This document shows positions 41,801 through 53,800 of a DNA stretch of 64,000 nucleotides, piece by piece. A program made the translations under genes and the position numbers. The DNA lies in assembly GCA_964276515.1 (NCBI GenBank), contig OZ193910.1, forward strand, positions 7,874,001-7,938,000. The letters are read 5' to 3'. This DNA is from Gordius albopunctatus (taxonomy: Eukaryota). Within the stretch, counting starts at the first letter, position 1, and each line of letters begins with the position of its first letter. The notes under the pieces are model-generated. The model did not search any database. It was not told the DNA's origin and worked only from the letters and a program-made list of their open reading frames with translations.

Positions 41801-43150
41801 ATTTTTGCGTGGGGGATGTTTGAGATTGAGAGAAATTAAAATTTTCGTGTTGCGTTTAGATTGATTCAATATCGCTTTATAAGCGTGTCTCTAGTTTTAA
41901 TGAAACAAGCTCTATGCGATGGTGATTCAGAGTTAATAATTTTTGATGACTGATCAAAAAAATGTTTTTCAAGGAATTCACCTCTTATACCGAAAACTTT
42001 CATCAGAACTATATGGTTGAACAAAAAAATTGAAAAAATTTTGAGGTCGAAAAAAATATTATTTTTCATATTCTTTCGAAAAGGAGATGAAAAAATCTTT
42101 AAAAGTTAGTAAATATTCTTAGCATTTTGTCCTTGTTAGAATCTTGATAGGAATTTATGCGTGGGGGGATGTTTGAGATTGAGAGAAATTAAAATTTTCG
42201 TGCTGCGTTTAGATTGTTTCAATATCGCTTTATAAGCGTGTCTCTAGTTTTAGTGAAACAAGCTCTATGCGATCGTGATTTAGAGTTAATAATTTTTGAT
42301 GACTGATCAAAAAAATGTTTTTCAAGGAATTCACCTCTTATACCGAAAACTTTCATGAGAGCTATATGGTTGAACAAAAAAATTGAAAAAATTTTGAGGT
42401 CGAAAAAAATATTATTTTTCATATTCTTTCGAAAGGGAGATGAAAAAATCTTTAAAAGTTAGTAAATATTCTTAGCATTTTGTCCTTGTTAGAATCTTGA
42501 TAGGAATTTTTGCGTGGGTGGATGTTTTAGATTGAGAGAAATTAAAATTTAGGTGTTGCGTTTATATTGTTTCAATATCGCTTTATAAGCGTGTCTCTAG
42601 TTTTAGTGAAACAAGCTCTATGCGATGGTGATTCAGAGTTAATAATTTTTGATGACTGATCAAAAAAATGTTTTTCAAGGAATTCACCTCTTATACCGAA
42701 AACTTTCATGAGAACTATATGGTTGAACAAAAAAATTGAAAAAATCTTGAGGTCGAAAAAAATATTATTTTTCATATTGTTTCGAAAAGGAGATGAAAAA
42801 ATCTTTAAAAGTTAGTAAATATTCTTAGCATTTTGTCCTTTCTTGATAGGAATTTTTGCGTGGGGGCTATTTGAGATTGAGAGAAATTAAAATTTCCGTG
42901 TGGCGTTTAGATTGATTCAATATCGTTTTATAAGCGTGTCTCTAGTTTTAGTGAAACAAGCTCTATGCGATCGTGATTTAGAGTTAATAATTTTTGATGA
43001 CTGATCAAAAAAATGTTTTTCAAGGAATTCATCTCTTGTACGGAAAACTTTCATGAGAGCTATATGGTTGAACAAAAAAATTGAAAAAATTTTGAGGTCG
43101 AAAAAAATATTTTTTTTCATATTCTTTCGAAAGGGAGATGAAAAAATCTT
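26816..43150 (+). repeat. 12-mer/18-mer HOR domain: 18-mer (6303 bp), then 12-mer (4200 bp), then ~17 monomers of the 18-mer
   Basis: Monomer 26816 recurs at 33119 (+6303) and 37319 (+4200). Markers occur in register: aaaaaaatttttttca (~29011, ~35314, ~39514), gggagattaaaa (~30530, ~36833, ~41033), and ttttaatgaaac with catcagaac (monomers 29959, 36262, 40462, plus 31363 and 41866). Confidence 0.93.
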
Positions 43151-44320
43151 TAAAAGTTAGTAAATATTCTTAGCATTTTGTCCTTGTTAGAATCTTGATA
43201 GAAATTTATGCGTGGGGGGATGTTTTAGATTGAGAGAAATTAAAATTTAGGTGTTGCGTTTATATTGTTTCAATATCGCTTTATAAGCGTGTCTCTACTT
43301 TTAGTGAAACAAGCTCTATGCGATGGTGATTCAGAGTTAATAATTTTTGATGACTGATCAAAAAAATGTTTTTCAAGGAATTCACCTCTTATACCGAAAA
43401 CTTTCATGAGAACTATATGGTTGAACAAAAAAATTGAAAAAATCTTGAGGTCGAAAAAAATATTATTTTTCATATTGTTTCGAAAAGGAGATGAAAAAAT
43501 CTTTAAAAGTTAGTAAATATTCTTAGCATTTTGTCCTTTCTTGATAGGAATTTTTGCGTGGGGGCTATTTGAGATTGAGAGAAATTAAAATTTCCGTGTG
43601 GCGTTTAGATTGATTCAATATCGTTTTATAAGCGTGTCTCTAGTTTTAGTGAAACAAGCTCTATGCGATCGTGATTTAGGGTTAATAATTTTTGATGACT
43701 GATCAAAAAAATGTTTTTCAAGGAATTCACCTCTTATACGGAAAACTTTCATGAGAGCTATATGGTTGAACAAAAAAATTGAAAAAATTTTGAGGTCGAA
43801 AAAAATATTTTTTTTCATATTCTTTCGAAAGGGAGATGAAAAAATCTTTAAAAGTTATTAAATATTCTTAGCATTTTGTCCTTGTTAGAATCTTGATAGG
43901 AATTTTTGCGTGGGGGATGTTTGAGATTGAGAGAAATTAAAATTTTCGTGTTGCGTTTAGATTGATTCAATATCGCTTTATAAGCGTGTCTCTAGTTTTA
44001 GTGAAACAAGCTCTATGCGATCGTGATTTAGAGATAATAATTTTTGACGACTGATCAAAAAAATGTTTTTAAAGGAATTCACCTCTTATACCGAAAACTT
44101 TCATGAGAGCTATATGGTTGAACAAAAAAATAGAAAAAATTTTGAGGTCCAAAAAAATTATTATTTTTCATATTCTTTCGAAAGGGAGATGAAAAAATCT
44201 TTAAATGTTAGTAAATATTCTTAGCATTTTGTCCTTGTTAGAATCTTGAAAGGAATTTATGCGTGGGGGGATGTTTTAGATTGAGAGAAATTAAAATTTA
44301 GGTGTTGCGTTTATATTGTT

Positions 44321-44650
44321 TCAATATCGCTTTATAATCGAGCTCTATGCGATCGTGATTTAGAGTTAATAATTTTTGATGACTGATCAAAAAAATGTTT
44401 TTCAAGGAATTCATCTCTTATACGGAAAACTTTCATGAGAGCTATATGGTTGAACAAAAAAATTAAAAAAATTTTGAGGTCGAAAAAAATATTATTTTTC
44501 ATATTCTTTCGAAAGGAGATGAAAAAATCTTTAAAAGTTATTAAATATTCTTAGCATTTTGTCCTTGTTAGAATCTTGATAGGAATTTTTGCGTGGGGGG
44601 ATGTTTGAGATTGAGAGAAATTAAAATTTTCGTGTTGCGTTTAGATTGAT
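44321..44650 (+). repeat. Deleted monomer (330 bp; 22-bp deletion); related copies at 52023, 58339 and 61828
   Basis: It reads tttataatcgagctctatg instead of tttataagcgtgtctctagttttagtgaaacaagctctatg. Confidence 0.93.
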
Positions 44651-47600
44651 TCAATTTCGCTTTATAAGCGTGTCTCTAGTTTTAGTGAAACAAGCTCTAT
44701 GCGATCGTGATTTAGAGTTAATAATTTTTGATGACTGATCAAAAAAATGTTTTTCAAGGAATTCACCTCCTATACGGAAAACTTTCATGAGAGCTATATG
44801 GTTGAACAAAAAAAATTAAAACAATTTTGAGGTCGAAAAAAATATTATTTTTCATATTCTTTCGAAAGGGAGATGAAAAAATCTTTAAAAGTTATTAAAT
44901 ATTCTTAGCATTTTGTCCTTGTTAGAATCTTGATAGGAATTTTTGCGTGGGGGGATGTTTGAGATTGAGAGAAATTAAAATTTTCGTGTTGCGTTTAGAT
45001 TGATTCAATATCGCTTTATAAGCGTGTCTCTACTTTTAGTGAAACAAGCTCTATGCGATGGTGATTCAGTGTTAATAATTTTTGATGACTGATCAAAAAA
45101 ATGTTTTTCAAGGAATTCACCTCTTATACCGAAAACTTTCATGAGAACTATATGGTTGAACAAAAAAATTGAAAAAATTTTGAGGTCGAAAAAAATATTA
45201 TTTTTCATATTGTTTCGAAAAGGAGATGAAAAAATCTTTAAAAGTTAGTAAATATTCTTAGCATTTTGTCCTTTCTTGATAGGAATTTTTGCGTGGGGGC
45301 TATTTGAGATTGAGAGAAATTAAAATTTCCGTGTGGCGTTTAGATTGATTCAATATCGTTTTATAAGCGTGTCTCTAGTTTTAGTGAAACAAGCTCTATA
45401 CGATCGTGATTTAGAGTTAATAATTTTTGATGACTGATCAAAAAAATGTTTTTCAAGGAATTCATCTCTTATACGGAAAACTTTCATGAGAGCTATATGG
45501 TTGAACAAAAAAATTGAAAAAATTTTGAGGTCGAAAAAAATATTTTTTTTCATATTCTTTCGAAAGGGAGATGAAAAAATCTTTAAAAGTTATTAAATAT
45601 TCTTAGCATTTTGTCCTTGTTAGAATCTTGATAGGAATTTTTGCGTGGGGGATGTTTGAGATTGAGAGAAATTAAAATTTTCGTGTTGCGTTTAGATTGA
45701 TTCAATATCGCTTTATAAGCGTGTCTCTAGTTTTAGTGAAACAAGCTCTATGCGATCGTGATTTAGGGTTAATAATTTTTGATGACTGATCAAAAAAATG
45801 TTTTTCAAGGAATTCACCTCTTATACCGAAAACTTTCATGAGAGCTATATGGTTGAACAAAAAAATTGAAAAAATTTTGAGGTCGAAAAAAATATTATTT
45901 TTCATATTGTTTCGAAAAGGAGATGAAAAAATCTTTAAAAGTTAGTAAATATTCTTAGAATTTTGTCCTTGTTAGAATCTTGATAGGAATTTTTGCGTGG
46001 GGGATGTTTGAGATTGAGAGAAATTAAAATTTTCGTGTTGCGTTTAGATTGATTCAATATCGCTTTATAAGCGTGTCTCTAGTTTTAGTGAAACAAGCTC
46101 TATGCGATCGTGATTTAGGGTTAATAATTTTTGATGACTGATCAAAAAAATGTTTTTCAAGGAATTCACCTCTTATACGGAAAACTTTCATGAGAGCTAT
46201 ATGGTTGAACAAAAAAATTGAAAAAATTTTGAGGTCGAAAAAAATATTTTTTTTCATATTCTTTCGAAAGGGAGATGAAAAAATCTTTAAAAGTTATTAA
46301 ATATTCTTAGCATTTTGTCCTTGTTAGAATCTTGATAGGAATTTTTGCGTGGGGGATGTTTGAGATTGAGAGAAATTAAAATTTTCGTGTTGCGTTTAGA
46401 TTGATTCAATATCGCTTTATAAGCGTGTCTCTAGTTTTAGTGAAACAAGCTCTATGCGATCGTGATTTAGGGTTAATAATTTTTGATGACTGATCAAAAA
46501 AATGTTTTTCAAGGAATTCACCTCTTATACGGAAAACTTTCATGAGAGCTATATGGTTGAACAAAAAAATTAAAACAATTTTGAGGTCGAAAAAAATATT
46601 ATTTTTCATATTCTTTCGAAAGGAGATGAAAAAATCTTTAAAAGTTATTAAATATTCTTAGCATTTTGTCCTTGTTAGAATCTTGATAGGAATTTTTGCG
46701 TGGGGGGATGTTTGAGATTGAGAGAAATTAAAATTTTCGTGTTGCGTTTAGATTGATTCAATTTCGCTTTATAAGCGTGTCTCTAGTTTTAGTGAAACAA
46801 GCTCTATGCGATCGTGATTTAGAGTTAATAATTTTTGATGACTGATCAAAAAAATGTTTTTCAAGGAATTCACCTCCTATACGGAAAACTTTCATGAGAG
46901 CTATATGGTTGAACAAAAAAAATTAAAACAATTTTGAGGTCGAAAAAAATATTATTTTTCATATTCTTTCGAAAGGGAGATGAAAAAATCTTTAAAAGTT
47001 ATTAAATATTCTTAGCATTTTGTCCTTGTTAGAATCTTGATAGGAATTTTTGCGTGGGGGGATGTTTGAGATTGAGAGAAATTAAAATTTTCGTGTTGCG
47101 TTTAGATTGATTCAATATCGCTTTATAAGCGTGTCTCTACTTTTAGTGAAACAAGCTCTATGCGATGGTGATTCAGTGTTAATAATTTTTGATGACTGAT
47201 CAAAAAAATGTTTTTCAAGGAATTCACCTCTTATACCGAAAACTTTCATGAGAACTATATGGTTGAACAAAAAAATTGAAAAAATTTTGAGGTCGAAAAA
47301 AATATTATTTTTCATATTGTTTCGAAAAGGAGATGAAAAAATCTTTAAAAGTTAGTAAATATTCTTAGCATTTTGTCCTTTCTTGATAGGAATTTTTGCG
47401 TGGGGGCTATTTGAGATTGAGAGAAATTAAAATTTCCGTGTGGCGTTTAGATTGATTCAATATCGTTTTATAAGCGTGTCTCTAGTTTTAGTGAAACAAG
47501 CTCTATACGATCGTGATTTAGAGTTAATAATTTTTGATGACTGATCAAAAAAATGTTTTTCAAGGAATTCATCTCTTATACGGAAAACTTTCATGAGAGC

Positions 47601-48105
47601 TATATGGTTGAACAAAAAAATTGAAAAAATTTTGAGGTCGAAAAAAATATTTTTTTTCATATTCTTTCGAAAGGGAGATGAAAAAATCTTTAAAAGTTAT
47701 TAAATATTCTTAGCATTTTGTCCTTGTTAGAATCTTGATAGGAATTTTTGCGTGGGGGATGTTTGAGATTGAGAGAAATTAAAATTTTCGTGTTGCGTTT
47801 AGATTGATTCAATATCGCTTTATAAGCGTGTCTCTAGTTTTAGTGAAACAAGCTCTATGCGATCGTGATTTAGGGTTAATAATTTTTGATGACTGATCAA
47901 AAAAATGTTTTTCAAGGAATTCACCTCTTATACCGAAAACTTTCATGAGAGCTATATGGTTGAACAAAAAAATTGAAAAAATTTTGAGGTCGAAAAAAAT
48001 ATTATTTTTCATATTGTTTCGAAAAGGAGATGAAAAAATCTTTAAAAGTTAGTAAATATTCTTAGAATTTTGTCCTTGTTAGAATCTTGATAGGAATTTT
48101 TGCGT
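44500..48105 (+). repeat. Tandem 6-mer duplication (offset 2107 bp)
   Basis: Monomers pair as 45005/47112, 45350/47457 and 45702/47809. The private variant ctctatacgatcg occurs at ~45400 and ~47507. Confidence 0.88.
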
Positions 48106-50829
48106 TGGCGATGTTTGAGATTGAGAGAAATTAAAATTTTCGTGTGGCGTTTAGATTGATTCAATATCGCTTTATAAGCGTGTCTCTAGTTTTAGTGAAA
48201 CAAGCTCTATGCGATCGTGATTTAGAGTTAATAATTTTTGATGACTGATCAAAAAAATGTTTTTCAAGGAATTCATCTCTTATACGGAAAACTTTCATGA
48301 GAGCTATATGGTTGAACAAAAAAATTGAAAAAATTTTGAGGTCGAAAAAAATATTATTTTTCATATTGTTTCGAAAAGGAGATGAAAAAATCTTTAAAAG
48401 TTAGTAAATATTCTTAGCATTTTGTCCTTTCTTGATAGGAATTTTTGCGTGGGGGCTATTTGAGATTGAGAGAAATTAAAATTTCCGTGTGGCGTTTAGA
48501 TTGATTCAATATCGTTTTATACGCGTGTCTCTAGTTTTAGTGAAACAAGCTCTATGCGATCGTGATTTAGAGTTAATAATTTTTGATGACTGATCAAAAA
48601 AATGTTTTTCAAGGAATTCATCTCTTATACGGAAAAATTTCATGAGAGCTATATGGTTGAACAAAAAAATTGAAAAAATTTTGAGGTCGAAAAAAATATT
48701 TTTTTTCATATTCTTTCGAAAGGGAGATGAAAAAATCTTTAAAAGTTAGTAAATATTCTTAGCATTTTGTCCTTGTTAGAATCTTGATAGAAATTTATGC
48801 GTGGGGGGATGTTTTAGATTGAGAGAAATTAAAATTTAGGTGTTGCGTTTATATTGTTACAATATCGCTTTATAAGCGTGTCTCTACTTTTAGTGAAACA
48901 AGCTCTATGCGATGGTGATTCAGAGTTAATAATTTTTGATGACTGATCAAAAAAATGTTTTTCAAGGAATTCACCTCTTATACCGAAAACTTTCATGAGA
49001 ACTATATGGTTGAACAAAAAAATTGAAAAAATTTTGAGGTCGAAAAAAATATTATTTTTCATATTGTTTCGAAAAGGAGATGAAAAAATCTTTAAAAGTT
49101 AGTAAATATTCTTAGCATTTTGTCCTTTCTTGATAGGAATTTTTGCGTGGGGGCTATTTGAGATTGAGAGAAATTAAAATTTCCGTGTGGCGTTTAGATT
49201 GATTCAATATCGTTTTATAAGCGTGTCTCTAGTTTTAGTGAAACAAGCTCTATGCGATCGTGATTTAGAGTTAATAATTTTTGATGACTGATCAAAAAAA
49301 TGTTTTTCAAGGAATTCATCTCTTATACGGAAAACTTTCATGAGAGCTATATGGTTGAACAAAAAAATTGAAAAAATTTTGAGGTCGAAAAAAATATTTT
49401 TTTTCATATTCTTTCGAAAGGGAGATGAAAAAATCTTTAAAAGTTATTAAATATTCTTAGCATTTTGTCCTTGTTAGAATCTTGATAGGAATTTTTGCGT
49501 GGGTGGATGTTTTAGATTGAGAGAAATTAAAATTTAGGTGTTGCGTTTATATTGTTTCAATATCGCTTTATAAGCGTGTCTCTAGTTTTAGTGAAACAAG
49601 CTCTATGCGATCGTGATTTAGAGTTAATAATTTTTGATGAATGATCAAAAAAATGTTTTTCAAGGAATTCATCTCTTATACGGAAAACTTTCATGAGAGC
49701 TATATGGTTGAACAAAAAAAATTAAAACAATTTCGAGGTCGAAAAAAATATTATTTTTCATATTCTTTCGAAAGGGAGATGAAAAAATCTTTAAAAGTTA
49801 GTAAATATTCTTAGCATTTTGTCCTTGTTAGAATCTTGATAGGAATTTATGCGTGGGGGGATGTTTTAGATTGAGAGAAATTAAAATTTATGTGTTGCGT
49901 TTATATTGTTTCAATATCGCTTTATAAGCGTGTCTCTAGTTTTAGTGAAACAAGCTCTATGCGATCGTGATTTAGAGTTAATAATTTTTGATGACTGATC
50001 AAAAAAATGTTTTTAAAGGAATTCACCTCTTATACCGAAAACTTTCATGAGAGCTATATGGTTGAACAAAAAAATTGAAAAAATTTTGAGGTCGAAAAAA
50101 TTATTATTTTTCATATTCTTTCGAAAGGGAGATGAAAAAATCTTTAAAAGTTAGTAAATATTCTTAGCATATTGTCCTCGTTAGAATCTTGATAGGAATT
50201 TATGCGTGGGGGGATGTTTGAGATTGAGAGAAATTAAAATTTTCGTGCTGTGTTTATATTGTTTCAATATCGCTTTATAAGCGTGTCTCTAGTTTTAGTG
50301 AAACAAGCTCTATGCGATCGTGATTTAGAGATAATAATTTTTGACGACTGATCAAAAAAATGTTTTTAAAGGAATTCACCTCTTATACCGAAAACTTTCA
50401 TGAGAGCTATATGGTTGAACAAAAAAATAGAAAAAATTTTGAGGTCCAAAAAAATTATTATTTTTCATATTCTTTCGAAAGGGAGATGAAAAAATCTTTA
50501 AAAGTTAGTAAATATTCTTAGCATTTTGTCCTTTCTTGATAGGAATTTTTGCGTGGGGGCTATTTGAGATTGAGAGAAATTAAAATTTCCGTGTGGCGTT
50601 TAGATTGATTCAATATCGTTTTATAAGCGTGTCTCTAGTTTTAGTGAAACAAGCTCTATGCGATCGTGATTTAGAGTTAATAATTTTTGATGACTGATCA
50701 AAAAAATGTTTTTCAAGGAATTCATCTCTTATACGGAAAACTTTCATGAGAGCTATATGGTTGAACAAAAAAATTGAAAAAATTTTGAGGTCGAAAAAAA
50801 TATTTTTTTTCATATTCTTTCGAAAGGGA

Positions 50830-53800
50830 GATGAAAAAATCTTTAAAAGTTAGTAAATATTCTTAGCATTTTGTCCTTGTTAGAATCTTGATAGGAATTT
50901 ATGCGTGGGGGGATGTTTTAGATTGAGAGAAATTAAAATTTATGTGTTGCGTTTATATTGTTTCAGTATCGCTTTATAAGCGTGTCTCTAGTTTTAGTGA
51001 AACAAGCTCTATGCGATCGTGATTTAGGGTTAATAATTTTTGATGACTGATCAAAAAAATGTTTTTCAAGGAATTCACCTCTTATACCGAAAACTTTCAT
51101 GAGAGCTATATGGTTGAACAAAAAAATTGAAAAAATTTTGAGGTCGAAAAAATTATTATTTTTCATATTCTTTCGAAAGGGAGATGAAAAAATCTTTAAA
51201 AGTTAGTAAATATTCTTAGCATTTTGTCCTTGTTAGAATCTTGATAGGAATTTATCCTTGGGGGGATGTTTGAGATTGAGAGAAATTAAAATTTTCGTGT
51301 TGCGTTTATATTGTTTCAATATCGCTTTATAAGCGTGTCTCTAGTTTTAGTGAAACAAGCTCTATGCGATCGTGATTTAGAGTTAATAATTTTTGATGAC
51401 TGATCAAAAAAATGTTTTTAAAGGAATTCACCTCTTATACCGAAAACTTTCATGAGAGCTATATGGTTGAACAAAAAAATTGAAAAAATTTTGAGGTCGA
51501 AAAAATTATTATTTTTCATATTCTTTCGAAAGGGAGATGAAAAAATCTTTAAAAGTTAGTAAATATTCTTAGCATATTGTCCTCGTTAGAATCTTGATAG
51601 GAATTTATGCGTGGGGGGATGTTTGAGATTGAGAGAAATTAAAATTTTCGTGCTGTGTTTATATTGTTTCAATATCGCTTTATAAGCGTGTCTCTAGTTT
51701 TAGTGAAACAAGCTCTATGCGATCGTGATTTAGAGATAATAATTTTTGACGACTGATCAAAAAAATGTTTTTAAAGGAATTCACCTCTTATACCGAAAAC
51801 TTTCATGAGAGCTATATGGTTGAACAAAAAAATAGAAAAAATTTTGAGGTCCAAAAAAATTATTATTTTTCATATTCTTTCGAAAGGGAGATGAAAAAAT
51901 CTTTAAATGTTAGTAAATATTCTTAGCATTTTGTCCTTGTTAGAATCTTGAAAGGAATTTATGCGTGGGGGGATGTTTTAGATTGAGAGAAATTAAAATT
52001 TAGGTGTTGCGTTTATATTGTTTCAATATCGCTTTATAATCGAGCTCTATGCGATCGTGATTTAGAGTTAATAATTTTTGATGACTGATCAAAAAAATGT
52101 TTTTCAAGGAATTCATCTCTTATACCGAAAACTTTCATGAGAGTTATATGGTTGAACAAAAAAATTGAAAAAATTTTGAGGTCGAAAAAATAATATTTTT
52201 CATATTTTTTCGAAAGGGAGATGAAAAAATCTTTAAAAGTTAGTAAATATTCTTAGCATTTTGTCCTTGTTTGAATATTGATAGAAATTTATGCGTGGGG
52301 GGATGTTTGAGATTGAGAGAAATTAAAATTTTCGTGCTGCGTTTATATTGTTTCAATATCGCTTTATAAGCGTGTCTCTAGTTTTAGTGAAACAAGCTCG
52401 ATGCGATCGTGATTTAGAGTTAATAATTTTTGATGACTGATCAAAAAAATGTTTTTCAAGGAATTCACCTCTTATACCGAAAACTTTCATGAGAGCTATA
52501 TGGTTGAACAAAAAAATTGAAAAAATTTTGAGGTCGAAAAAATTATTATTTTTCATATTCTTTCGAAAGGGAGATGAAAAAATCTTTAAAAGTTAGTAAA
52601 TATTCTTAGCATATTGTCCTCGTTAGAATCTTGATAGGAATTTATGCGTGGGGGGATGTTTTAGATTGAGAGAAATTAAAATTTTCGTGCTGCGTTTAGT
52701 TTGTTTCAATATCGCTTTATAAGCGTGTCTCTAGTTTTAGTGAAACAAGCTCTATGCGATCGTGATTTACAGTTAATAATTTTTGATGACTGATCAAAAA
52801 AATGTTTTTCAAGGAATTCACCTCTTATACCGAAAACTTTCATGAGAGCTATATGGTTGAACAAAAAAATTGAAAAAATTTTGAGGTCGAAAAAAATATT
52901 ATTTTTCAAATTCTTTCGAAAGGGAGATGAAAAAATCTTTAAAAGTTAGTAAATATTCTTAGAATTTTGTCCTTGTTAGAATCTTGATAGGAATTTTTGC
53001 GTTGGCGATGTTTGAGATTGAGAGAAATTAAAATTTTTGTGCTGCGTTTAGTTTGTTTCAATATCGCTTTATAAGCGTGTCTCTAGTTTTAGTGAAACAA
53101 GCTCTATGCGATCGTGATTTACAGTTAATAATTTTTGATGACTGATCAAAAAAATGTTTTTCAAGGAATTCACCTCTTATACCGAAAACTTTCATGAGAG
53201 CTATATGGTTGAACAAAAAAATTGAAAAAATTTTGAGGTCGAAAAAATTATTATTTTTCATATTCTTTCGAAAGGGAGATGAAAAAATCTTTAAAAGTTA
53301 GTAAATATTCTTAGCATTTTGTCCTTGTTAGAATCTTGATAGGAATATATGCGTGGGGGGATGTTTGAGATTGAGAGAAATTAAAATTTTCGTGTTACGT
53401 TTATATTGTTTCAATATCGCTTTATAAGCGTGTCTCTAGTTTTAGTGAAACAAGCTCTATGCGATCGTGATTTAGAGTTAATAATTTTTGATGACTGATC
53501 AAAAAAATGTTTTTCAAGGAATTCACCTCTTATACCGAAAACTTTCATGAGAGCTATATGGTTGAACAAAAAAATTGAAAAAATTTTGAGGTCGAAAAAA
53601 TTATTATTTTTCATATTCTTTCGAAAGGGAGATGAAAAAATCTTTAAAAGTTAGTAAATATTCTTAGCATTTTGTCCTTGTTAGAATCTTGATAGGAATT
53701 TATCCTTGGGGGGATGTTTGAGATTGAGAGAAATTAAAATTTTCGTGTTGCGTTTATATTGTTTCAATATCGCTTTATAAGCGTGTCTCTAGTTTTAGTG

